From Eledone cirrhosa (taxonomy: Eukaryota): DNA of 64,000 bases. The notes beneath the pieces were generated by a model that saw nothing but the letters and a program-made list of their open reading frames with translations, ran no database searches and had not been told where the DNA came from. Every line of letters begins with the position of its first letter. Positions within the stretch are counted from its first letter, which is position 1. Positions 11,800 to 23,000 of the stretch are shown one piece after another. The position numbers were made by a program, and so were the translations under genes. The stretch covers positions 28,706,001 through 28,770,000 of the forward strand of contig OZ024741.1 of NCBI GenBank assembly GCA_964016885.1, in the 5' to 3' direction.

Positions 11800-13871
11800 T
11801 GAGACATTACGTAATATGACAAAAGATCGCTTCGTTAACGGGATTTAGCCTCACCGGACTGGAAACATCTTGTAGTTTCCTAACTAGTTGTGTTCTTTCT
11901 GTTCCTGTGAAGCCTAGCTTCTCAATATTTGTATTGAGGCAGTTACTAACATACCCCAGTGCCCCAATAATCACAGGCATAAATCTGAAGGTGCAATCAG
12001 GGTGGAGTATCTGCAGATTTCTCATCAGTTCTGCATAAATATTCTCCTTTTCACTAATCTTTGATATTATATTGGCATCTGCTGGGCAGCTAATTTCCAC
12101 TACTGTGCATGTTTTCTTCTCCCTGTCCCATAACATAATATCTGGTCTGTTATGCCTGCATTTTATTGGGGTTTTTACTGGAACATTCCACCACTACTCT
12201 TTCATATTATGTACATGGATGTCTTCCATATTGTTGTAGCTTTTAATGTGTTTATTATAGGGGCTATATTTTTTACGAACTGCATTGTACTGTGTTTTGG
12301 CCACTACATCATGCCTCATAGGTAGATAGTACCACGATGACATCTTTGGACAGCTGCTGATGACATGGGTAATATCCTCGATGTTAGTTCTGCAGAGTCT
12401 GCACTTGTTATCACATCTAGGTATTTTGCCTGCATCCATATCTCTTTTGTGAATCAGGTAGTTCGTGCTAATCTCCTGTTCTTGGATTGCAAAAGCGTAT
12501 CCTTCAAAGTGGGAGCCAATATAGCGGTTGTTGGTCCAAGATAGACTACTTTCCTTATCTATATTACTCTCACTCTGGAGCTACCTGGCAACATATCCAT
12601 GCATAATTTTTTGCTGATAGGCATGCAGTTTTTCATCCATGGATTCACTGCGATACTGCTGAGCGACATCCCTGGGTGTGAGTTTTTGATTATCACACAG
12701 GGAATATCTCGCAAGGAGTTCCTTTCCAACTCTCATGATCTTATCTGTTTCATGCAGATAGACTTGCTCGAGAAGCGGGCTCCTACGCTTCGAGGTTCGT
12801 AGATGTTGTCGGAGAGATATGATGCGACATTCAAATGTTGTCTGGACTGATGTTAGGCCTCTGCCTCCCTGCTTACGTTTCAAGTAAAGGTGGTCTATGT
12901 CACTGTTGATGTGGAAGTTTCCGGTGTTGTTCAGTATTTTTCGAGTTCCAACATCAACTGCTAGGATTTCGTCTATCGTCCAATTGGGTATTCCAAACGT
13001 TGGTGTTAGGACAGGCACAGAAAACACATTGTGAGCCACTGTTTTGTTTTGCGCAGAGAGTTCCGATGACCAGATCTTTCTTAATCAGGTGTAGTATTTC
13101 CTGGTTACGCGTTCTTTATTACAGATACCATTATAGGATATGTTCTCATCTATCCCCAGGTATCTGTAGCAGTCCTCATCAGATATCGGTGAAACAGTTA
13201 GACCATTGATGACAATGTTGCTAGATTGGGTTGTTGTTTTTCCCCGCTTTACAGTCATTTATGAGCATTTATCTTGGCCAAACTCCATTCCTATATCCTT
13301 TGAGAACGTTGTAACCAGGTCAAGATTTTTCTTCATCCCATCCATGTTCTTGGCATAGAGTTTCAGATCGTCCACAAAGAAGTTATGGGTTAGGTTCGTA
13401 TTTCTGTCCTCCTGTGAGCCAATGATGTATCCCTCACATTTCTTGAGCAGAAAGGACAAGGGGTTTAATGACAAGATGAACAATATCACAGAGAGACTGT
13501 CCCCCTGAAATATACCCCTGCAATATTTTATTTTATCAGTGAAAATAGAGTCCTCCCTCTCTGTCTTTAACCTTAGGATAGCAGCCCAAAAAGAAGACAA
13601 CTTCTCTATGGCTCTGACAATAATGTCTGGGACTTTAGCAAGTTGGAGGGCCTCTATCATCCAACAGTGGGGAACAGAATCGAAAGCTTTCTTGTAGTCC
13701 AGCCAGACTGTAGCCATATTCCTCCTGAGTTGTCTCACTTCCGACATCGCAGTTTTGCTGATTAGGAGTTGTTCAGCACATCCCCAAACCCTTTACTTTC
13801 CAGCTGCTTGTTCATCTGTGATGATGTTATTATTTTCACAGTGATCTTGGAGGAATAGGTTCAGGCAGGCT
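11800..13871 (-). mobile_element. R4/Dong-like RLE non-LTR retrotransposon, 5'-truncated and disrupted (RT, CCHC knuckle, RLE)
   Basis: WLDYKKAFDSVPH, GIFQGDSLS, FFVDDLKLY (13259-13747); LYLKRKQGGRGL (12581-13039); CRLCRTNIEDITHVISSC + RHD (12194-12439); RPDIMLWD..VVEISCP..PVIIGALG (11807-12150). Confidence 0.92.
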
Positions 13872-13960
13872 GTATGTATGTATGTATGTATGTATGTATG
13901 TATGTATGTATGTATGTATGTATGTATGTATGTCTGTATGTCTGTATGTATGTATGTATA
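13872..13960. repeat. (TATG)n microsatellite
   Basis: Read directly. Confidence 0.95.
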
Positions 13961-14459
13961 TCACTTTCTCTTAATTTCGAGTATATTTTTTTGACCGGCT
14001 ACCTTCCTGGTGGCAAGGTTGTAAAATAAAAGAAATTGTCATCCCTTGAATCGCAAGAATGTTTTGCAAATTTTGAAGGTGCCAGCTATCGCAGCCATTT
14101 GTAGACTATGAATTAGGGAGCTGCGCTTTTTGTCCGCAAATCCAAGTTCAGTCATACTTTGGTCCAAGCGGGTTGGTATATAACCCGTAGCTCCAATAAT
14201 GCTGGGTATGAAGCTAAAGGTGTATCTTGAATACTGGATTTGTAAACTCCTCATCAATGGTCCGTAGATGTCCTCCTTCTCCTGTATTTTTCTGACAACG
14301 TTTACATCAAGTGGGCAGCTGATCTCCACAACAGAACACGTTTTCAATGTGTGGTCCCAAACAACAATATCAGGCCGGTTGTGCTTTAATTTGGTGGCAG
14401 TTTTTATTTTCAGGTTCCACCAGTATTCCTTAGTGCCATCTGTCTCAATATATTCTTCT
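13961..14459 (-). mobile_element. Second RLE non-LTR 3' fragment (endonuclease + 3' UTR) embedded in (TATG)n
   Basis: KEYWWNLKIKTATKLKHNRPDIVVWD..VVEISCPLDVNV..KEDIYGPLMRSLQ..IIGATG..KICKTFLRF*. Paralogous to, but diverged from, the 11800-13871 element. Confidence 0.88.
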
Positions 14460-14528
14460 ATGTATGTATGTATGTATGTATGTATGTATGTATGTATGTA
14501 TGTATGTATGTATGTATGTATGTATGTA

Positions 14529-14609
<81 letters not shown>

Positions 14610-14797
14610 CTGCATGTATATGTATCTGTGAGTGTATGTACTTTGTTTATAACAAACAAGATATATAATATTCAATGTATTATGTAGAGTATAATTGTAT
14701 TTATTCAACTTATGATTCCAGAAAGCATATCTACAAGTTCACAGACAACACACACGTACATACACACACATACGTGCACATACATATATACACACAC

Positions 14798-14850
<53 letters not shown>

Positions 14851-14893
14851 CATACATACACACACATGCGCGAAAATACATATACACACACAC

Positions 14894-14972
<79 letters not shown>

Positions 14973-14975
14973 TAT
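14460..14975. repeat. (TATG)n, (TG)n, (CA)n and (TA)n microsatellites
   Basis: Read directly. Confidence 0.93.
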
Positions 14976-15073
14976 ATATTGTTATACTTGGGTGTGTTAT
15001 ACGTAAGTGTGTTCTGTTATTAATTCTGGCAATATTATTACACAAATATGACCCTCCCCAAGTATAACAATAT
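14976..15073. mobile_element. Small TIR element (MITE-like) with 17-bp perfect inverted termini
   Basis: atattgttatacttggg (14976-14992) / cccaagtataacaatat (15057-15073). Confidence 0.55.
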
Positions 15074-15181
15074 TTGTTTCGACACACGATTTCATATCAA
15101 AAAGCTCGCAAAACTATATGTATATAAACGGAAAAATGAAACGAAATTTCATTTCTGACTCTTAGTACGGCTGTTACTTAA

Positions 15182-15421
15182 ATATAAGTATGTATACGTA
15201 CATACATATATGTATACATACGTACAGTAGTATGTAGATATATATACCTACATGCACACATATATATATATTTACAAACACACCGAGCATTATAATAAAT
15301 GTTCGGTGAATCCATACGTACATATATATATGTGTGCATGTATGTATATATATATATATATATATATACATACTACTGTACGTCTGTATACATATATGTA
15401 TGTACGTATACATACTTATAT
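15182..15421. repeat. ~240-bp fold-back inverted repeat built from microsatellite-like sequence
   Basis: Outer ~60-bp arms match with 2 mismatches. Inner arms are tacatgcacacatata/tatatgtgtgcatgta and caccgagcatt/aatgttcggtg. Confidence 0.8.
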
Positions 15422-15745
<324 letters not shown>

Positions 15746-16099
15746 TCCATATTCAATGTAATACCGAGATTGCATTAATACATTTTCTATGATTGCAATA
15801 TATCTAACGTGGTTTTCTGAACTAATAATACTTTTAGTAATAATACTGGAACAGGGAGAAGGGAATGAATGTCACAAAGGCGGAGGAGGAGGAGAGGGAG
15901 GCGGAGGAGGAGGAAGACCAGAGAAACATTTGTAGCAATATAATAATGAGTTACAAGGTCACTCACTGATATAGACAGTCTAAAATCAATACAATTGACT
16001 TATTTTGATGCTCTACTGAATCTGCTATCCACTGCCCCCTTAATGGTGGTGTTAGTTGTAGTAGTAGTAGAAATAAAAGTATTATTATTAGTAGTAATA

Positions 16100-16312
16100 T
16101 TAATAATAATAATAATAATGATTTCTACTATAGGCACAAGGCTAGCAATTTTGTGGGAGAGGAAGTCGATTAAATCGACCCCAGTGCATTACTGGTGCTT
16201 TATTTTATCGACCCCGTAAGGATGAAAGGCAAAGCTAACCTTACACCTTTAAAGGGCCGTAACTCTTTGCTGCAAAACATGGTGTTCGGCGCTCTACCGA
16301 CACTGCCAAATA
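16100..16312 (-). mobile_element. tRNA-derived SINE copy between (AAT)n and (AAC)n tracts
   Basis: ggcacaaggctagcaatt...gtcgattaaatcgaccccagtgcattactggtgctttattttatcgaccccgtaaggatgaaaggcaaag...ctctaccgacactgcca. Confidence 0.85.
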
Positions 16313-16339
16313 ACAACACCAACAACAACAATAATAATA

Positions 16340-16760
16340 GCTTCTTTATTAGTCACACAGGGCTTACATTAAAAAGACAATAAAAACGGTACAGTGTGTG
16401 AGAGAAAGATTTATAATGGAGAAAGCCCCTCGACCGCCGAGGGACGTGTCCTCGTTCAGTTGTCCTCTTCCAATTCACAGGCGGATACTCAGAGCAACCC
16501 GTTTACTGGGACCAAGTTCGCTTCTCTCATCCACCTTTCAATAAACTGGTTGGAAGACAGCATTTTCCTCTTCACCCTGATTTTTCACTTCAGGTGAAAC
16601 CTGAAAAAGTTAATTAGAGCTTCGCCGGAGAGGAAAGTGTTTGACTTTAACCCTTTCGAGCGCGTCCACCACACGACCCTTTTCACTATGGTTACCAGGC
16701 AGTGAAAGGAGTTACTGAGGGAAGTGAACGGAACAGATTTGTTTCGAAATATCACTGGTG
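16340..16760 (-). mobile_element. L1/Tx1-like LINE 3' end
   Basis: Minus strand FHCLVTIVKRVVWWTRSKGLKSNTFLSGEALINFFRFHLK*KIRVKRKMLSSNQFIERW, followed by a UTR, aataaa and a simple-repeat tail. Clade assignment is from remembered similarity. Confidence 0.5.
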
Positions 16761-16762
16761 GC

Positions 16763-17040
16763 GAAAGTAAAGAAGATATACAGAATGAAGATAAAACTAC
16801 ATAAGAGGGCAATACATTACATGGGGAGCTCAGAAAAGCAACAGATGAAGTGAGAGGAATAAAATCGTGAGATTGGTTAAAGAAGAGGTACTTGAAAAAG
16901 GGATCAACAAAGAGCAGAATAATTGCAGAACAAGATTGGGCAGTTTGCATGAATAAAAGAAGTATATGGAGATGTATCTCCTCTGTGTCTATTATGTGGT
17001 GGTGCAGTTATAACAGTGGAACACATTGTCTCAGAGTGTC
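16763..17040 (+). mobile_element. R4/Dong-like non-LTR ORF fragment (post-RT linker running into the CCHC knuckle); parent of the satellite
   Basis: ESKEDIQNEDKTT*EGNTLHGELRKATDEVRGIKS*DWLKKRYLKKGSTKSRIIAEQDWAVCMNKR, frameshift, VYGDVSPLCLLCGGAVITVEHIVSEC. Motif order matches the RLE-LINE segment W..K.LHG...SW.WL..G.LK..TE..I.A.QDQ.....CxxC. Confidence 0.8.
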
Positions 17041-20000
17041 TGGAGAAGATGTATCTCCTCTGTGTCTATTGTGTGGTGGTGCAGTTATAACAGTGGAACA
17101 CATTGTCTCAGAGTGTCTGGAGAAGATGTATCTCCTCTGTGTCTATTGTGTGGTGGTGCAGTTATAACAGTGGCATACATTGTCTCAGAGTGTCTGGAGA
17201 AGATGTATCTCCTCTGTGTCTATTGTGTGGTGGTGCAGTTATAACAGTTGCACACATTGTCTCAGAGTGTCTGGAGAAGATGTATCTCCTCTGTGTCTAT
17301 TGTGTGGTGGTGCAGTTATAACAGTGGCACACATTGTCTCAGAGTGTCTGGAGAAGATGTATCTCCTCTGTGTCTATTGTGTGGTGGTGCAGTTATAACA
17401 GTGGCACACATTGTCTCAGAGTGTCTGGAGAAGATGTATCTCCTCTGTGTCTATTGTGTGGTGGTGCAGTTATAACAGTGGCACACATTGTCTCAGAGTG
17501 TGTGGAGAAGATGTATCTCCTCTGTGTCTATTGTGTGGTGGTGCAGTTATAACAGTGGCACACATTGTCTCAGAGTGTGTGGAGAAGATGTATCTCCTCT
17601 GTGTCTATTGTGTGGTGGTGCAGTTATAACAGTGGCACACATTGTCTCAGAGTGTGTGGAGAAGATGTATCTCCTCTGTGTCTATTGTGTGGTGGTGCAG
17701 TTATAACAGTGGAACACATTGTCTCAGAGTGTCTGGAGAAGATGTATCTCCTCTGTGTCTATTGTGTGGTGGTGCAGTTATAACAGTGGCATACATTGTC
17801 TCAGAGTGTCTGGAGAAGATGTATCTCCTCTGTGTCTATTGTGTGGTGATGCAGTTATAACAGTGGCACACATTGTCTCAGAGTGTCTGGAGAAGATGTA
17901 TCTCCTCTGTGTCTATTGTGTGGTGGTGCAGTTATAACAGTGGAACACATTGTCTCAGAGTGTCTGGAGAAGATGTATCTCCTCTGTGTCTATTGTGTGG
18001 TGGTGCAGTTATAACAGTGGCATACATTGTCTCAGAGTGTCTGGAGAAGATGTATCTCCTCTGTGTCTATTGTGTGGTGATGCAGTTATAACAGTGGCAC
18101 ACATTGTCTCAGAGGGTCTGGAGAAGATGTATCTCCTCTGTGTCTATTGTGTGGTGGTGCAGTTATAACAGTGGTACACATTGTCTCAGAGTGTGTGGAG
18201 AAGATGTATCTCCTCTGTGTCTATTGTGTGGTGGTGCAGTTATAACAGTGGCACACATTGTCTCAGAGTGTGTGGAGAAGATGTATCTCCTCTGTGTCTA
18301 TTGTGTGGTGGTGCAGTTATAACAGTGGCACACATTGTCTCAGAGTGTCTGGAGAAGATGTATCTCCCCTGTGTCTATTGTGTGGTGGTGCAGTTATGAG
18401 AGTGGCACACATTGTCTCAGAGTGTCTGGGGAAGTTGTATCTCCTCTGTGTCTATTGTGCGGTGGTGAAGTTATAACAGTGTCACACATTGTCTCAGAGT
18501 GTCGGGAGAAGATGTATCTCCTCTGTGTCTATTGTGTGGTGGTGCAGTTATAACAGTGGCACACATTGTCTCAGAGTGTCTGGAGAAGATGTATCTCCTC
18601 TGTGTCTATTGTGTGGTGGTGCAGTTATAACAGTGGCACACATTGTCTCAGAGTGTCTGGAGAAGATGTATCTCCTCTGTGTCTATTGTGTGGTGGTGCA
18701 GTTATAACAGTGGCGGACATTGTCTCAGAGTGTCTGAAAAAGATGTATCTCCCCTGTGTCTATTGTGTGGTGGTGCAGTTATAACAGTGGCACACATTGT
18801 CTCAGAGTGTCTGGAGAAGATGTATCTCCTCTGTGTCTATTGTGTGGTGGTGCAGTTATAACAGTGGCATACATTGTCTCAGAGTGTCTGGAGAAGATGT
18901 ATCTCCTCTGTGTCTATTGTGTGGTGGTGCAGTTATAACAGTGGCACACATTGTCTCAGAGTGTCTGGGGAAGTTGTATCTCCTCTGTGTCTATTGTGTG
19001 GTGGTGAAGTTATAACAGTGGCACACATTGTCTCAGAGTGTCTGGAGAAGATGTATCTCCCCCGTGTCTATCGTGTGGTGGTGCAGTTATAACAGTGGAA
19101 CACATTGTCTCAGAGTGTCTGGAGAAGATGTATCTCCTCTGTGTCTATTGTGTGGTGGTGCAGTTATAACAGTGGCGGACATTATCTCAGAGTGTCTGAA
19201 AAAGATGTATCTCCCCTGTGTCTATTGTGTAGTGGTGCAGTTATAACAGTGGCACACATTGTCTCAGAGTGTCTGGAGAAGATGTATCTCCTCTGTGTCT
19301 ATTGTGTGGTGGTGCAGTTATAACAGTGGCGGACATTGTCTCAGAGTGTCTGAAAAAGATGTATCTCCCCTGTGTCTATTGTGTAGTGGTGCAGTTATAA
19401 CAGTGGTACACATTGTCTCAGAGTGTCTGGAGAAGATGTATCTCCTCTGTGTCTATTGTGTGGAGGTGCAGTTATAACAGTGGCATACATTGTCTCAGAG
19501 TGTCTGGAGAAGATGTATCTCCTCTGTGTCTATTGTGTGGTGGTGCAGTTATAACAGTGGAACACATTGTCTCAGAGTGTCTGGAGAAGATGTATCTCCT
19601 CTGTGTCTATTGTGTGGAGGTGCAGTTATAACAGTGGCATACATTGTCTCAGAGTGTCTGGAGAAGATGTATCTCCTCTGTGTCTATTGTGTGGTGGTGC
19701 AGTTATAACAGTGGCACACATTGTCTCAGAATGTCTGGAGAAGATGTATCTCCTCTGTGTCTATTGTGTGGTGGTGCAGTTATAACAGTGGCACACATTG
19801 TCTCAGAGTGTCTGGGGAAGTTGTATCTCTTCTGTGTCTATTGTGTGGTGGTGAAGTTATAACAGTGGCACACATTGTCTCAGAGTGTCTGGAGAAGATG
19901 TATCTCCCCTGTGTCTATTGTGTGGTGGTGCAGTTATAACAGTGGAACACATTGTCTCAGAGTGTCTGGAGAAGATGTATCTCCTCTGTGTCTATTGTGT

Positions 20001-23000
20001 GGTGGTGCAGTTATAACAGTGGCATACATTGTCTCAGAGTGTCTGTAGAAGATGTATCTCCTCTGTGTCTATTGTGTGGTGGTGCAGTTATAACAGTGTC
20101 ACACATTGTCTCAGAGTGTGTGGAGAAGATGTATCTCTTCTATGTCTATTGTGTGGTGGTGCAGTTATAACAGTGGCACACATTGTCTCAGAGTGTCTGG
20201 GGAAGTTGTATCTCCTCTGTGTCTATTGTGTGGTGGTGAAGTTATAACAGTGGCACACATTGTCTCAGAGTGTCTGGAGAAGATGTATCTCCTCTGTGTC
20301 TATTGTGTAGTGATGCAGTTATAACAGTGGCACACATTGTCTCAGAGTGTCTGGAGAATATGTTTCTCCTCTGTGTCTATTGTGTGGTGGTGCAGTTATA
20401 ACGGTGGCACACATTGTCTCAGTGTCTGGAGAAGATGTATCTCCCCTGTGTCTATTGTGTGGTGGTGCAGTTATAACAGTGGCACACATTGTCTCAGAGT
20501 GTCTGGAGAAGATGTATCTCCCCTGTGTCTATTGTGTAGTGGTGCAGTTATAACAGTGGCATACATTGTCTCAGAGTGTCTGGAGAAGATGTATCTCCTC
20601 TGTGTCTATTGTGTGGTGGTGCAGTTATAACAGTGGAACACATTGTCTCAGAGTGTCTGGAGAAGATGTATCTCCTCTGTGTCTATTGTGTGGTGGTGCA
20701 GTTATAACAATGGCACACATTGTCTCAGAGTGTCTGGAGAAGATGTATCTCCTCTGTGTCTATTGTGTGGTGGTGCAGTTATAACAGTGGCATACATTGT
20801 CTCAGAGTGTCTGGAGAAGATGTATCTCCTCTGTGTCTATTGTGTGGTGGTGCAGTTATAACAGTGGCATACATTGTCTCAGAGTGTCTGGAGAAGATGT
20901 ATCTCCTCTGTGTCTATTGTGTGGTGGTGCAGTTATAACAGTGGTACACATTGTCTCAGAGTGTCTGGAGAAGATGTATCTCCTCTGTGTCTATTGTGTG
21001 GTGGTGCAGTTATAACAGTGGCGGACATTGTCTCAGAGTGTCTGAAAAAGATGTATCTCCCCTGTGTCTATTGTGTAGTGGTGCAGTTATAACAGTGGTA
21101 CACATTGTCTCAGAGTGTCTGGAGAAGATGTATCTCCTCTGTGTCTATTGTGTGGTGGTGCAGTTATAACAGTGGAACACATTGTCTCAGAGTGTCTGAA
21201 AAAGATGTATCTCCTCTGTGTCTATTGTGTGGTGGTGCAGTTATAACAGTGGCACACATTGTCTCAGAGTGTGTGGAGAAGTTGTGTCTCCTCTGTGTCT
21301 ATTGTGTGGTGATGCAGTTATAACAGTGGCACACATTGTCTCAGAGTGTGTGGAGAAGATGTATCTCCCCTGTGTCTATTGTGTGGTGGTGCAGTTATAA
21401 CAGTGGCACACATTGTCTCAGAGTGTCTGGAGAAGATGTATCTCCTCTGTGTCTATTGTGTGGTGGTGCAGTTATAACAGTGGCATACATTGTCTCAGAG
21501 TGTCTGAAAAAGATGTATCTCCCCTGTGTCTATTGTGTAGTGGTGCAGTTATAACAGTGGTACACATTGTCTCAGAGTGTCTGGAGAAGATGTATCTCCT
21601 CTGTGTCTATTGTGTGGTGGTGCAGTTATAACAGTGGCGGACATTGTCTCAGAGTGTCTGAAAAAGATGTATCTCCCCTGTGTCTATTGTGTAGTGGTGC
21701 AGTTATAACAGTGGAACACATTGTCTCAGAGTGTCTGGAGAAGATGTATCTCCTCTGTGTCTATTGTGTGGTGGTGCAGTTATAACAGTGGAACACATTG
21801 TCTCAGAGTGTCTGGAGAAGATGTATCTCCTCTGTGTCTATTGTGTGGAGGTGCAGTTATAACAGTGGCATACATTGTCTCAGAGTGTCTGAAAAAGATG
21901 TATCTCCCCTGTGTCTATTGTGTAGTGGTGCAGTTATAACAGTGGTACACATTGTCTCAGAGTGTCTGGAGAAGATGTATCTCCTCTGTGTCTATTGTGT
22001 GGTGGTGCAGTTATAACAGTGGCGGACATTGTCTCAGAGTGTCTGAAAAAGATGTATCTCCCCTGTGTCTATTGTGTAGTGGTGCAGTTATAACAGTGGA
22101 ACACATTGTCTCAGAGTGTCTGGAGAAGATGTATCTCCTCTGTGTCTATTGTGTGGTGGTGCAGTTATAACAGTGGAACACATTGTCTCAGAGTGTCTGG
22201 AGAAGATGTATCTCCTCTGTGTCTATTGTGTGGAGGTGCAGTTATAACAGTGGCATACATTGTCTCAGAGTGTCTGGAGTAGATGTATCTCCTCTGTGTC
22301 TATTGTGTGGTGGTGCAGTTATAACAGTGGCACACATTGTCTCAGAGTGTCTGGAGAAGATGTATCTCCTCTGTGTCTATTGTGTGGTGCTGCAGTTATA
22401 ACAGTGGCACACATTGTCTCAGAGTGTCTGGAGAAGATGTATCTCCTCTGTGTCTATTGTGTGGTGGTGCAGTTATAACAGTGGCACACATTGTCTCAGA
22501 GTGTCTGGAGAAGATGTATCTCCTCTGTGTCTATTGTGTGGTGGTGCAGTTATAACAGTGGCGGACATTGTCTCAGAGTGTCTGGAGAAGATGTATCTCC
22601 TCTGTGTATATTGTGTGGTGGTGCAGTTATAACAGTGGCACACATTGTCTCAGAGTGTCTGGAGAAGATGTATCTCCCCTGTGTCTATTGTGTGGTGATG
22701 CAGTTATAACAGTGGCACACATTGTCTCAGTGTCTGGAGACGATGTATCTCCTCTGTGTCTATTGTGTGGTGGTGCAGTTATAACAGTGGCACACATTGT
22801 CTCAGTGTCTGGAGACGATGTATCTCCTCTGTGTCTATTGTGTGGTGGTGCAGTTATAACAGTGGCACACATTGTCTCAGTGTCTGGAGAAGATGTATCT
22901 CCTCTGTGTCTATTGTGTAGTGGTGCAGTTATAACAGTGGCACACATTGTCTCAGAGTGTCTGGAGAAGATGTATCTCCTCTGTGTCTATTGTGTAGTGG

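Noticed and set aside
6837-13871. Intact, active retrotransposons or host RT genes
   Set aside because: All RT/endonuclease frames are split by stops and frameshifts and are 5'-truncated.
17040-17105. Structured RNA within the monomer (ggaga/tctcc stem, gttataac palindrome, tgtgtg/cacaca)
   Set aside because: Stems are short and imperfect, and no compensatory changes are evident among variants.
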